A stretch of 64,000 nucleotides of DNA from sequence record PZ452582.1. One strand, given 5' to 3'. Below the pieces are notes generated by a model, which was not told the origin of the DNA, searched no databases, and saw nothing but the letters and a program-made list of their open reading frames with translations. The stretch comes from a phage. Positions 20,082 through 29,507 of this stretch are shown here, piece after piece (the first letter of the stretch is position 1; each line of letters begins with the position of its first letter). Position numbers and translations under genes: made by a program.

Positions 20082-20116
20082 GTTTACAAGCCAAGGTAAA
20101 AATGTTATAGTATAGT
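20082..20116 (+). promoter_or_regulatory. T4-type early promoter
   Basis: GTTTAC at 20082-20087 with TATAGT-like -10. Confidence 0.45.
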
Positions 20117-20146
20117 AGTCAATCGTCCGTAAGATGTGAGAAAAAT

Positions 20147-20893
20147 ATGAAACTGTCTAATAATCAAATTCGTAAAATTAAACGTCGTTTAGAGCACACT
20201 CAGGCATCTGCAAAAAGACGTTCTAAAGATTTTAACTTAGACTTCAATTACATTAAGAACATTTTAGACCAAAAAGTTTGCGCTTACTCGGGAGAACCTT
20301 TTGATAATCGTATTGAAGGAGAGAAATTATCATTAGAACGTTTTGATAATAACGTTGGATACATTAAAGGGAATGTTATTGCAGTAAAGAAAAAGTATAA
20401 TACATTTCGTTCTGATTATACTTTAGAGGAGTTGATTGAAAAACGTGATTTGTTTGCTTTGCGAATTGGTCGTTCATCTGCGAAAAAAGTTCATAAACTA
20501 AATTTAGATGAAAAGAAATGGGCTAAAATCAAAAAGACTTATAATCAAATTAAAGCTATACAGAAAAAACGTGAAAACCGAATTGAACACATTTCTCAGC
20601 TTTCTAAATCAAAACAGACCTCTGACATTAAGCTAAGAATTATAGCACTTAAAGCTCGTATTGATGGTTCTCGTATAGCAGAAGGCGCTGAAGTTGTTAA
20701 ATTGAACGTTCTTCTTAAAGGCTCGGATTGGAAAACTGTGAAAAAGTTGTCAGAAGCAGAAATGCAATATGATATGTGTGATAAAATTATTCAAGGTGTA
20801 GAGCGGTATCAAAACTTGTCTTTTATTGATAAACTTAAACTGAAAAGAGGATATCCGCTGAATTGTTCAATTTTTAAACTTATCCGAGGATAA
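20147..20893 (+). CDS. srd: Srd (sigma-like, similarity with rpoD) protein
   Basis: 248 aa; position between modA and dda.1/dda as in T4. Confidence 0.6.
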   Translation: MKLSNNQIRKIKRRLEHTQASAKRRSKDFNLDFNYIKNILDQKVCAYSGEPFDNRIEGEKLSLERFDNNVGYIKGNVIAVKKKYNTFRSDYTLEELIEKRDLFALRIGRSSAKKVHKLNLDEKKWAKIKKTYNQIKAIQKKRENRIEHISQLSKSKQTSDIKLRIIALKARIDGSRIAEGAEVVKLNVLLKGSDWKTVKKLSEAEMQYDMCDKIIQGVERYQNLSFIDKLKLKRGYPLNCSIFKLIRG

Positions 20894-20894
20894 T

Positions 20895-21206
20895 ATGGTT
20901 TATGTATATGCGATAGTTTACCGAGACAAAGACGGATTTACGGCGCCAGTTCCACTTGATGAACATCGTCCTGCTGTGTTTTTTGAAAGAGAGATTGCTG
21001 ATAGAGTTTTTACTACTCTCAAAGACCAATATAAATTAGCTTTAGGTATGGGAATTCCAAGATTAGTTGAGACTCCACGCAAGTTTTGGTTTAATAAAAT
21101 AGAAGTTAAACATGTTAAGCCTGACGTAGACACACAAAGATTATATCAGCGAATTTTAGATACTGGGCGTATTGTTAGTATACCAATTGCAGGGACTTTC
21201 CGATGA
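20895..21206 (+). CDS. Hypothetical protein (dda.1 position)
   Basis: 103 aa; ATGA overlap into dda. Confidence 0.55.
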   Translation: MVYVYAIVYRDKDGFTAPVPLDEHRPAVFFEREIADRVFTTLKDQYKLALGMGIPRLVETPRKFWFNKIEVKHVKPDVDTQRLYQRILDTGRIVSIPIAGTFR

Positions 21207-22522
21207 CATTTGATGATTTGACCGAAGGCCAGAAAAATGCCTTTAACATTGTTATGAAGGCTATTAAAGAAAAGAAACATCATGTAACTATTAATGGACC
21301 TGCTGGTACTGGTAAGACTACTCTTACTAAGTTCATCATTGAAGCTTTAATATCTACGGGTGAAACTGGTATTATTTTAGCAGCTCCTACTCATGCAGCT
21401 AAAAAGATTCTTTCAAAACTATCAGGGAAAGAAGCGAGTACTATTCATAGTATTCTTAAAATTAACCCAGTAACATATGAAGAAAACGTTCTTTTTGAAC
21501 AGAAGGAAGTACCAGATTTAGCTAAATGCAGGGTATTAATCTGCGACGAAGTGTCAATGTATGATAGAAAGCTATTTAAAATTCTGCTTTCAACTATCCC
21601 GCCATGGTGTACTATAATTGGAATAGGTGATAATAAGCAAATTAGACCTGTTGACCCAGGAGAAAATACTGCTTATATCAGTCCATTCTTTACACACAAA
21701 GATTTTTATCAGTGTGAACTTACTGAAGTTAAACGCAGTAATGCTCCTATTATTGATGTAGCTACTGATGTTCGTAATGGTAAGTGGATTTATGATAAAG
21801 TTGTTGACGGGCATGGAGTACGTGGATTTACTGGTGATACCGCTTTACGCGATTTTATGGTAAATTATTTTTCAATCGTCAAATCACTAGATGATTTGTT
21901 TGAAAATCGCGTAATGGCATTTACGAATAAATCTGTTGACAAGTTAAACAATATTATTCGTAAAAAGATTTTTGAAACTGATAAAGATTTTATTGTTGGT
22001 GAAATTATTGTAATGCAGGAACCATTAATTAAAACATATAAAATTGATGGAAAGCCTGTATCAGAAATTATTTTTAATAATGGACAATTAGTTCGTATTA
22101 TAGAAGCAGAGTATACATCAACATTTGTTAAAGCTCGTGGTGTTCCTGGAGAATACTTAATTCGTCATTGGGATTTAACAGTAGAAACTTACGGCGATGA
22201 TGAATATTATCGTGAAAAGATTAAAATAATTTCATCTGATGAAGAGCTGTATAAGTTTAACTTATTTTTAGGTAAAACGGCAGAAACATATAAAAATTGG
22301 AATAAAGGCGGAAAAGCTCCATGGAGTGATTTTTGGGATGCTAAATCACAGTTCAGTAAAGTGAAAGCACTTCCTGCATCAACATTCCATAAAGCTCAGG
22401 GTATGTCTGTAGACCGTGCTTTCATTTATACGCCTTGTATTCATTATGCAGATGCTGAATTGGCCCAACAACTTCTTTATGTTGGTGTAACACGTGGTCG
22501 TTATGATGTGTTTTATGTGTGA
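21203..22522 (+). CDS. dda: Dda DNA helicase (SF1B)
   Basis: 439 aa, same as T4 Dda; Walker A GPAGTGKTT; sequence recognised. Confidence 0.93.
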   Translation: MTFDDLTEGQKNAFNIVMKAIKEKKHHVTINGPAGTGKTTLTKFIIEALISTGETGIILAAPTHAAKKILSKLSGKEASTIHSILKINPVTYEENVLFEQKEVPDLAKCRVLICDEVSMYDRKLFKILLSTIPPWCTIIGIGDNKQIRPVDPGENTAYISPFFTHKDFYQCELTEVKRSNAPIIDVATDVRNGKWIYDKVVDGHGVRGFTGDTALRDFMVNYFSIVKSLDDLFENRVMAFTNKSVDKLNNIIRKKIFETDKDFIVGEIIVMQEPLIKTYKIDGKPVSEIIFNNGQLVRIIEAEYTSTFVKARGVPGEYLIRHWDLTVETYGDDEYYREKIKIISSDEELYKFNLFLGKTAETYKNWNKGGKAPWSDFWDAKSQFSKVKALPASTFHKAQGMSVDRAFIYTPCIHYADAELAQQLLYVGVTRGRYDVFYV

Positions 22523-22528
22523 GGCTAT

Positions 22529-22789
22529 ATGATTAACATCAATTCAAAATATTTAAATCGTCTAATAGATGGTATAAGGAAGCATACTAATAAGCAAGAT
22601 AATCTCGATGTTATGGTAACAGGAGCTGAGCTCCTTCATAAGCTTTATCTTATAAGTGATACTATATTAGCAATTAAACGAATTGAAAAACAATCATATC
22701 ACAGTAATACAGATACGGTAATTACACTAGATGAAAGTGTCTGTAAATTACTAATTAAATTTGAGGAAGCTATTCGTGGAAATAACTAA
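22529..22789 (+). CDS. Hypothetical protein (dexA.x region), first of three tandem small ORFs
   Basis: 86-aa ORF. Confidence 0.45.
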   Translation: MININSKYLNRLIDGIRKHTNKQDNLDVMVTGAELLHKLYLISDTILAIKRIEKQSYHSNTDTVITLDESVCKLLIKFEEAIRGNN

Positions 22790-23021
22790 AGACCAGTTTT
22801 ATCTGCTTCAAGATAAAGTGAGCGAAATTTATGAAATAGCTTATAGTAAAAATCGTAGAAATGTAAAAATTGAATCTGGCAAGTTAATGCTTCAATTAGA
22901 AGAAATTGAACGAGATTTAATTGCGTTAGAATTCTTTTGTGGTGAAGTGAAAACTGTCACAATCAGTGATTATGTTTTAGGTGAAATTAGCCATCTTTAT
23001 AAGGCGGTTATTAATGATTGA
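22776..23021 (+). CDS. Hypothetical protein, paralog of next ORF
   Basis: GTG 22776 after GAGGAAG RBS preferred over TTG 22761; C-terminus ISDYVLGEISHLYK resembles the next ORF. Confidence 0.4.
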   Translation: MEITKDQFYLLQDKVSEIYEIAYSKNRRNVKIESGKLMLQLEEIERDLIALEFFCGEVKTVTISDYVLGEISHLYKAVIND

Positions 23022-23256
23022 ATTAAGTTTGCATCAGTTTAAATCTCTTATGACAAATGTTAAAGCTGTCATTGAGGAAAATTCTAGTCCTGAAAATATT
23101 ACTATTCGCGAAAAAGCTTTAAAGATAGTATACAGTCTTGAAGAGATGCAAAAAGATATTGAATCTATGGCAAAATTTATGGATGAGCCTATTAATAAAG
23201 TTTATATTCAAGATTATACTGTAGGTCAAATTCGTGATTTAGCGAGGAAAATTTAA
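23014..23256 (+). CDS. Hypothetical protein, paralog of previous ORF
   Basis: ATGA overlap; C-terminus YIQDYTVGQIRDLARK. Confidence 0.4.
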   Translation: MIELSLHQFKSLMTNVKAVIEENSSPENITIREKALKIVYSLEEMQKDIESMAKFMDEPINKVYIQDYTVGQIRDLARKI

Positions 23257-23939
23257 TGTTTGATTTTATTATAGATTTTGAAACAATGGGAAGCGGTGAA
23301 AAAGCAGCTGTTATTGATTTGGCTGCAATTGCTTTTGACCCTAACCCAGAAGTAGTTGAAACGTTTGATGAATTAGTTTCACGTGGCATTAAAATCAAAT
23401 TTGATTTAAAAAGCCAAAAAGGACATCGTCTTTTTACTAAAAGCACTATCGAATGGTGGAAGAATCAATCTCCTGAAGCTCGAAAAAATATTGCACCATC
23501 CGATGAAGATGTAAGCACTATCGATGGTATTGCAAAATTTAATGATTACATCAATGCACATAATATCGATCCTTGGAAATCTCAAGGCTGGTGCCGTGGA
23601 ATGTCGTTTGATTTTCCAATTTTAGTCGATCTCATTCGTGATATTCAACGTCTTAATGGTGTTTCTGAGAATGAACTTGACACATTTAAGTTAGAACCAT
23701 GTAAATTCTGGAATCAGCGTGATATTCGTACCAGAATTGAAGCACTTCTCCTTGTTCGTGATATGACCACGTGTCCTCTTCCAAAAGGAACTTTAGATGG
23801 ATTCGTTGCGCATGATTCTATTCATGACTGTGCGAAAGACATCCTGATGATGAAGTATGCTTTGCGCTATGCTATGGGTCTTGAAGATGCTCCGTCAGAG
23901 GAAGAGTGCGATCCTCTATCTCTTCCAACAAAACGATAA
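23256..23939 (+). CDS. dexA: DexA exonuclease A (DnaQ-like 3'-5' exonuclease)
   Basis: 227 aa, same as T4 DexA; DFET exonuclease motif at the N-terminus. Confidence 0.85.
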   Translation: MFDFIIDFETMGSGEKAAVIDLAAIAFDPNPEVVETFDELVSRGIKIKFDLKSQKGHRLFTKSTIEWWKNQSPEARKNIAPSDEDVSTIDGIAKFNDYINAHNIDPWKSQGWCRGMSFDFPILVDLIRDIQRLNGVSENELDTFKLEPCKFWNQRDIRTRIEALLLVRDMTTCPLPKGTLDGFVAHDSIHDCAKDILMMKYALRYAMGLEDAPSEEECDPLSLPTKR

Positions 23940-23945
23940 AAAGTT

Positions 23946-23975
23946 GTTTACTTCCTCGGTTAGTTGTGGTATTAT
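23946..23975 (+). promoter_or_regulatory. T4-type early promoter
   Basis: GTTTAC at 23946-23951, TATTAT at 23970-23975. Confidence 0.5.
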
Positions 23976-24002
23976 AACACCATAGCTACTGAGGATAATA
24001 AA

Positions 24003-24506
24003 ATGAAAATTTATCGTGTTGAATCATCATTTAGTATTCTTAATTATGAAGATGCTATAACAATACGTCGAGATCTTTGTGTTCAAATAACGCCATACAG
24101 GAGTATAATGGATTCATGGAGCGAAGAGTGGTTATTACACGTAGGTTATGACAGACCTAATTTTATGCATCATAGTAATGATAATAAAAGAATTCCTCTT
24201 CCGCACGAAGACAAACTATTAGTTAAAAATGCTAATATAGCAATTAATACTAATTTTGAGAAAGAAGAATATGTAGGCGTAGATCACTATATTCCAGGAT
24301 GGTTTATAGCTCTTTATCATTTTGCTTTTGCTAGTGAATATGATATGATGAGATGGTTCACACGAGAAGAGCGTGAAGAATTAGCTTCTAAAGGATTTTA
24401 TCTCGCTGTATACGAAGTACCTGAAGATAAAGTTATCATTGGTGGGCATCAAGTAATGTTCCGCAAGTCACATGCCGAATTAAAAGGCTTTATTACCTTA
24501 GATTAA
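24003..24506 (+). CDS. Hypothetical protein
   Basis: 167 aa from ATG 24003 after GAGGA RBS; track start 23964 lies inside the promoter. Confidence 0.5.
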   Translation: MKIYRVESSFSILNYEDAITIRRDLCVQITPYRSIMDSWSEEWLLHVGYDRPNFMHHSNDNKRIPLPHEDKLLVKNANIAINTNFEKEEYVGVDHYIPGWFIALYHFAFASEYDMMRWFTREEREELASKGFYLAVYEVPEDKVIIGGHQVMFRKSHAELKGFITLD

Positions 24507-24516
24507 AGAGAAAATT

Positions 24517-24954
24517 ATGATTAAAAATAATGCTGTTTATCAATTGAAAAAATTTGATGAAATTAAGAATTTTTCGGTACTGTCTAATACAGCTCATAAT
24601 AAGTTTTGTGAACTTCTTGGTTTAACTGGCGGATATCCTTTTACTGTTATTAGTGTTAATAGCGGAATTCTTATCGGTATGATGTATATTGAAATTAGAA
24701 ACTATTATGGAATGGTATCACCGCTTATTATTTATGAAAAAGATTTTAGTCTATTGATAGAAATTGAAAAACCTGAAGATCCAACTGATCTACTGTGTAA
24801 GGCAGTTTATATTCGTCGTCCATTCGCGAATCCTGTGGGTGGATGGGTGACTGATCAGTGGATTGAAGATGGTGTTGAACTTCTGAACGTAGTTCATGCT
24901 GGAGAGTACTCTGTAGTTCCTCGCAGCGCAGTGATTAATGTTCGTGTAAGCTAG
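24517..24954 (+). CDS. Hypothetical protein, paralog of next ORF (MotB-like region)
   Basis: 145 aa; C-terminal TDQWIEDGVELLNVV...VVP shared with the 25028 ORF. Confidence 0.5.
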   Translation: MIKNNAVYQLKKFDEIKNFSVLSNTAHNKFCELLGLTGGYPFTVISVNSGILIGMMYIEIRNYYGMVSPLIIYEKDFSLLIEIEKPEDPTDLLCKAVYIRRPFANPVGGWVTDQWIEDGVELLNVVHAGEYSVVPRSAVINVRVS

Positions 24955-25027
24955 TTTACAAACTCTTGGGACCAGAGTATAATGGTCCCGTGGAGTATAA
25001 AATCTTTTTAACAAGTGAGAGATAACT

Positions 25028-25519
25028 ATGATTATTAATATTGGTGAATTAGCTCGTGTATCTGATAAATCCCGCTCTAAAGCAGCAGGAAAATTGGTCG
25101 AAGTTGTAAGCATTCAGCTTAAACACGGTGTTAAAGATGAAGATTCTGAAGTAAAAGTGCGTATCATTCCTAAAGATGGAAAGTCTAAACCTCAGTTTGG
25201 CTATGTTCGTGCGAAATTTCTTGAATCTGCGTTTTTGAAAGCTGTTCCTGCTAAAGGAATTGAAACGATTGATACTTCGCATGTAGGTGTAGACTTTAAG
25301 TGGAAACTCGGTCAGGCTATTAAGTTCGTTGCTCCTTATGAGTTTGAATTTACTGAAGGTGAGGAAGGTGTTGTTAACCGTACTCGCGCTATGTGTGCAT
25401 ACATTACTGATCAATGGGTAGAAGATGGCGTTAAGTTATACAACGCGGTATTTTTAGGAACATACAAAGTCATTCCTGAAAGTTGGATTAAACACTATAG
25501 CAAAGCTCGCTATGCATAA
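25028..25519 (+). CDS. Hypothetical protein, possible MotB
   Basis: 163 aa (T4 MotB recalled as about 162 aa); C-terminal TDQWVEDGVKLYNAV...VIP. Confidence 0.45.
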   Translation: MIINIGELARVSDKSRSKAAGKLVEVVSIQLKHGVKDEDSEVKVRIIPKDGKSKPQFGYVRAKFLESAFLKAVPAKGIETIDTSHVGVDFKWKLGQAIKFVAPYEFEFTEGEEGVVNRTRAMCAYITDQWVEDGVKLYNAVFLGTYKVIPESWIKHYSKARYA

Positions 25520-25616
25520 AGTTTAAAATTTTTTCATAAAACTATATACATCAGTAGTTGATTATGGTACTATATCAATATCAACTACTGATACAGAAAA
25601 TAACTTGGAGAATAAA

Positions 25617-25886
25617 ATGGAAAATTTAATTATCATCGAGCAATCTTTCAATGATTATGGTATGGCTTACGGTTATCGTGTGATAATGGAAGATTCTCGT
25701 GGATGTGTTATCGATATTGCTGAATGTAAAGATTTACTGCAGCTTTTGAAGATTGTTCGCAAAAATTGGGATTGCGAAAATATTAAAGTTCGAGTTGTTA
25801 CAGAAGAAGAAACTGTTTTTCATGATGTAAAATTCGCTAAAGGTGCTGCTACTCTTCTGAAACGTATCGCTCCAATGTTTAATTAA
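25617..25886 (+). CDS. Hypothetical protein
   Basis: ATG 25617 after GGAG RBS preferred over TTG 25605. Confidence 0.45.
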   Translation: MENLIIIEQSFNDYGMAYGYRVIMEDSRGCVIDIAECKDLLQLLKIVRKNWDCENIKVRVVTEEETVFHDVKFAKGAATLLKRIAPMFN

Positions 25887-25899
25887 TGAGGAAATTGTA

Positions 25900-26115
25900 A
25901 TGAAACGTAAAATTGTTCAGAACTGCACTAATGACGAATTTGAAGATGTATTATTCGATCCAGATTTGGTAGTAGTTCAAAAGGAACACACCATCAAGTT
26001 TACTCACTTGACTTCGGTTTATGTGTATGAAAAGGTTGGTGATAAACAACCAATTTACGGTGTATTTCGTGAAATTACTGAAGATGGCACAACTTACTGG
26101 AAGGAAATTTATTAA
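25900..26115 (+). CDS. Hypothetical protein (71 aa; possibly Cef)
   Basis: Length and position compatible with T4 cef; sequence not recognised. Confidence 0.4.
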   Translation: MKRKIVQNCTNDEFEDVLFDPDLVVVQKEHTIKFTHLTSVYVYEKVGDKQPIYGVFREITEDGTTYWKEIY

Positions 26116-26534
26116 TGGCTATTAAATTTGAAGTTAATAAATGGTATCAATTTAAAAATAAACAAGCTCAAGAAAAATTTATTAAATATCATACTGAAAA
26201 CGGAATTTATGCACGACGTTTAGGTATGGAACCTTTTAGAGTTACAGATATTGACTATCTTGGTCGTCCTACTAAACTTGTGACATCTAGTGGAAAATTG
26301 GCGTTATCTTCTGGTAAAGATATTTTGGATGAAGATTTTATCTGGCTTTCAGCGAGCGAAGCTGAGTTCTTTAATGAAGTGGAAAATCCATACCAGGCAG
26401 CCGAAGAGCAAGAGCAGGAAGAGCAAGAACAAATAGAAGATTTCACAGAATTTCCTGTCATGAAAGTTACTATTGAAAATAATGAACAGGCATGGTCCTT
26501 GTATCAGATGCTGAAAGCTCATTTTAAGGAATAA
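26115..26534 (+). CDS. Hypothetical acidic protein (possibly GoF)
   Basis: 139 aa with [10 protein letters not shown] tract; position compatible with T4 goF. Confidence 0.4.
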   Translation: MAIKFEVNKWYQFKNKQAQEKFIKYHTENGIYARRLGMEPFRVTDIDYLGRPTKLVTSSGKLALSSGKDILDEDFIWLSASEAEFFNEVENPYQAAEEQEQEEQEQIEDFTEFPVMKVTIENNEQAWSLYQMLKAHFKE

Positions 26535-26536
26535 TT

Positions 26537-26713
26537 ATGCCAATGTATGATTATAAATGCCAATCCGAAGATTGCGGGCATGAATATGAAAAAATTAAAA
26601 AGATTTCTGAACGAGAAAATGATGTTTGCCCTAAATGTCATCGTTTGTCTACTCGTCGGCCTTCTGCTCCTAAGCATGTGAATGGTGGTTTTTACGATTT
26701 ACTTAAAGGGTGA
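26537..26713 (+). CDS. Zinc-ribbon protein (FmdB-like CxxC...CxxC)
   Basis: 58-aa ORF MPMYDYKCQSEDCGHEYE...CPKCH with two Cys pairs. Confidence 0.45.
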   Translation: MPMYDYKCQSEDCGHEYEKIKKISERENDVCPKCHRLSTRRPSAPKHVNGGFYDLLKG

Positions 26714-26715
26714 TT

Positions 26716-27087
26716 ATGTTTAAAATCGGTAAGAAATATCGTATTCGCGAAGGCGAAGAAAAGAAATATCTAATGTCTGCTATTTATAGGAATGGTTCTA
26801 TTAATGCTGTAATATCTACAAGCGAATTTATCGTTGAAGATATGAAAGGTCATAATGTTACGATGATTAGTACAGCGTCTGGAAATAACGGAAAAATTCT
26901 TCACAGTATGCAGAGTAATGTTCTAATTTATGCTGAAGAATTTGACTTCTTCGAAGAAGTCACAGAAGATTTTGATTTTGAATGCACCATCACTATGAAA
27001 TCTGGTGACCCTCTTTCTTTTACAGTTAAAGATGAAAGAAGTCGCTTGAGAATTATTAGTCTTCTTCAAGCCATTAAATTTGAGTGA
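26716..27087 (+). CDS. Hypothetical protein
   Basis: 123 aa from ATG 26716. Confidence 0.45.
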   Translation: MFKIGKKYRIREGEEKKYLMSAIYRNGSINAVISTSEFIVEDMKGHNVTMISTASGNNGKILHSMQSNVLIYAEEFDFFEEVTEDFDFECTITMKSGDPLSFTVKDERSRLRIISLLQAIKFE

Positions 27088-27091
27088 AATT

Positions 27092-27352
27092 ATGAAATAT
27101 ATTAATCGTTCTATCGCAGCATTAGTATTAGCAGTGTCTTTAGCAGGATGTACTGATGCTGATAATGCAACCAAAATTTTGTCATCAAGCGGTTTTACTA
27201 ATATTGAAATCACTGGATACAATTGGTTCGGTTGCTCTGAAAATGATTTCCAACATACTGGATTTCGCGCTATTGGACCTACCGGGCAGAAAGTAGAAGG
27301 AACCGTATGTTCTGGTCTATTCTTCAAGGATTCGACTATCCGTTTTAAATAA
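27092..27352 (+). CDS. Putative lipoprotein (86 aa)
   Basis: MKYINRSIAALVLAVSLAGC signal with lipobox; followed by terminator. Confidence 0.5.
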   Translation: MKYINRSIAALVLAVSLAGCTDADNATKILSSSGFTNIEITGYNWFGCSENDFQHTGFRAIGPTGQKVEGTVCSGLFFKDSTIRFK

Positions 27353-27370
27353 AAGGCCTTCGGGCCTTTA
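27353..27370 (+). terminator. Terminator hairpin (AAGGCC-TTCG-GGCCTT)
   Basis: 6-bp stem with TTCG loop then TTAGCTTT. Confidence 0.55.
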
Positions 27371-27394
27371 GCTTTATGATTACCGGAGTATAAT
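27371..27394 (+). promoter_or_regulatory. Putative MotA-dependent middle promoter (Mot-box-like GCTTTA, 12-nt spacer, TATAAT)
   Basis: AGCTTTA at 27370-27376, TATAAT at 27389-27394 upstream of gene 39. Confidence 0.4.
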
Positions 27395-27421
27395 ATTCCC
27401 GAAACCAAACGAGGATAAGTG

Positions 27422-29239
27422 ATGATTAAGAATGAAATTAAAATTCTGAGCGATATTGAACATATCAAAAAGCGTAGCGGCATGTACATTGGCTCTTCTG
27501 CTAATGAAATGCATGAGCGCTTTCTGTTTGGTAAATGGGAAAGTGTTCAGTATGTACCTGGTCTTGTTAAGCTTATTGATGAAATTATCGATAACTCAGT
27601 AGATGAAGGTATTCGTACTAAGTTTAAATTCGCAAATAAAATTAATGTTACTATCAAAAACAATCAAGTAACAGTTGAAGATAACGGTCGTGGTATTCCA
27701 CAAGCGATGGTTAAAACACCTACTGGTGAAGAAATTCCTGGTCCTGTTGCTGCCTGGACTATTCCAAAAGCAGGTGGTAATTTCGGTGATGATAAAGAAC
27801 GTGTCACTGGCGGTATGAACGGTGTTGGTTCTAGTTTAACTAACATTTTTTCTGTGATGTTTGTCGGTGAAACTGGCGACGGTCAAAATAATATTGTAGT
27901 TCGTTGTTCAAATGGCATGGAAAATAAATCATGGGAAACTATTCCTGGAAAATGGAAAGGAACTCGTGTTACTTTCATTCCTGATTTTATGTCATTTGAA
28001 ACTAATGAGCTATCTCAAGTTTATCTTGACATTACGCTAGATCGTCTCCAGACACTTGCAGTAGTTTATCCTGATATTCAATTTACCTTTAATGGTAAAA
28101 AGGTTCAGGGCAATTTTAAGAAATATGCACGCCAATATGATGAGCATGCTATTGTTCAAGAACAAGAAAATTGTTCTATTGCGGTTGGTCGTTCACCGGA
28201 TGGTTTTCGTCAATTAACTTATGTGAATAACATTCACACTAAGAATGGTGGCCATCACATTGACTGTGTTATGGATGATATTTGTGAAGACCTTATTCCA
28301 CAAATCAAACGTAAGTTCAAAATTGATGTAACTAAAGCACGTGTTAAAGAATGTTTGACTATCGTTATGTTTGTTCGTGATATGAAAAACATGCGATTTG
28401 ATTCTCAAACTAAAGAGCGTTTGACTTCTCCATTTGGCGAAATTCGTAGTCATATTCAACTTGACGCTAAAAAGATTTCACGCGCTATTCTAAATAATGA
28501 AGCAATTCTGATGCCGATTATTGAAGCTGCTTTGGCTCGTAAATTGGCGGCAGAAAAAGCAGCAGAAACTAAAGCAGCTAAAAAGGCTTCTAAAGCTAAG
28601 GTTCATAAACATATTAAAGCGAATCTTTGCGGTAAAGATGCTGACACTACATTGTTTTTGACTGAGGGTGATTCTGCTATCGGATATCTTATTGATGTTC
28701 GTGATAAAGAACTTCATGGTGGTTATCCATTGCGTGGTAAAGTTCTCAACAGTTGGGGTATGTCATATGCTGATATGCTTAAAAACAAAGAACTGTTTGA
28801 TATTTGCGCAATCACTGGATTAGTTCTTGGTGAAAAAGCTGAAAACTTGAATTATCATAATATTGCTATTATGACCGATGCTGACCATGATGGTCTAGGA
28901 AGCATTTATCCTTCTCTGCTCGGGTTTTTTAGTAATTGGCCAGAATTGTTTGAGCAAGGACGAATTCGCTTTGTCAAAACTCCTGTAATCATCGCTCAGG
29001 TCGGTAAAAAACAAGAATGGTTTTATACAGTCGCTGAATATGAGAGTGCCAAAGATGCTCTACCTAAACATAGCATCCGTTATATTAAGGGACTTGGCTC
29101 TTTGGAAAAATCTGAATATCGTGAGATGATTCAAAATCCAGTATATGATGTTGTTAAACTTCCTGAGAACTGGAAAGAGCTTTTTGAAATGCTCATGGGA
29201 GATAATGCTGACCTTCGTAAAGAATGGATGAGCCAGTAG
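27422..29239 (+). CDS. 39: Topoisomerase II large subunit gp39 (GyrB-like ATPase + TOPRIM), contiguous form
   Basis: 605 aa in one ORF covering what T4 splits into genes 39 and 60; GHKL ATPase and TOPRIM regions recognised. Confidence 0.88.
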   Translation: MIKNEIKILSDIEHIKKRSGMYIGSSANEMHERFLFGKWESVQYVPGLVKLIDEIIDNSVDEGIRTKFKFANKINVTIKNNQVTVEDNGRGIPQAMVKTPTGEEIPGPVAAWTIPKAGGNFGDDKERVTGGMNGVGSSLTNIFSVMFVGETGDGQNNIVVRCSNGMENKSWETIPGKWKGTRVTFIPDFMSFETNELSQVYLDITLDRLQTLAVVYPDIQFTFNGKKVQGNFKKYARQYDEHAIVQEQENCSIAVGRSPDGFRQLTYVNNIHTKNGGHHIDCVMDDICEDLIPQIKRKFKIDVTKARVKECLTIVMFVRDMKNMRFDSQTKERLTSPFGEIRSHIQLDAKKISRAILNNEAILMPIIEAALARKLAAEKAAETKAAKKASKAKVHKHIKANLCGKDADTTLFLTEGDSAIGYLIDVRDKELHGGYPLRGKVLNSWGMSYADMLKNKELFDICAITGLVLGEKAENLNYHNIAIMTDADHDGLGSIYPSLLGFFSNWPELFEQGRIRFVKTPVIIAQVGKKQEWFYTVAEYESAKDALPKHSIRYIKGLGSLEKSEYREMIQNPVYDVVKLPENWKELFEMLMGDNADLRKEWMSQ

Positions 29240-29267
29240 TTTACTTTACCACAAGGATGTGGTATAA
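29238..29267 (+). promoter_or_regulatory. T4-type early promoter
   Basis: GTTTAC at 29238-29243, TATAAT at 29262-29267. Confidence 0.5.
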
Positions 29268-29293
29268 TTAATTGGGCAAATGAGGATATTGAA

Positions 29294-29497
29294 ATGAAAT
29301 CATATAGAGTAAATTTAGAACTTTTTGATAAAGCAGTTCATCGAGAATATAGAATCATTCAACGCTTTTTCGATATGGGAGAAGCCGAAGAATTTAAAAA
29401 CCGCTTTAAGGATATTAGAGATAAAATTCAATCCGACACCGCAACTAAAGATGAATTACTAGAAGTTGCTGAAGTTATTAAGCGTAATATGAATTAA
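29294..29497 (+). CDS. Hypothetical protein (rIIA.1 position)
   Basis: 67-aa ORF immediately upstream of rIIA. Confidence 0.5.
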   Translation: MKSYRVNLELFDKAVHREYRIIQRFFDMGEAEEFKNRFKDIRDKIQSDTATKDELLEVAEVIKRNMN

Positions 29498-29507
29498 TGA
29501 GGAAATT

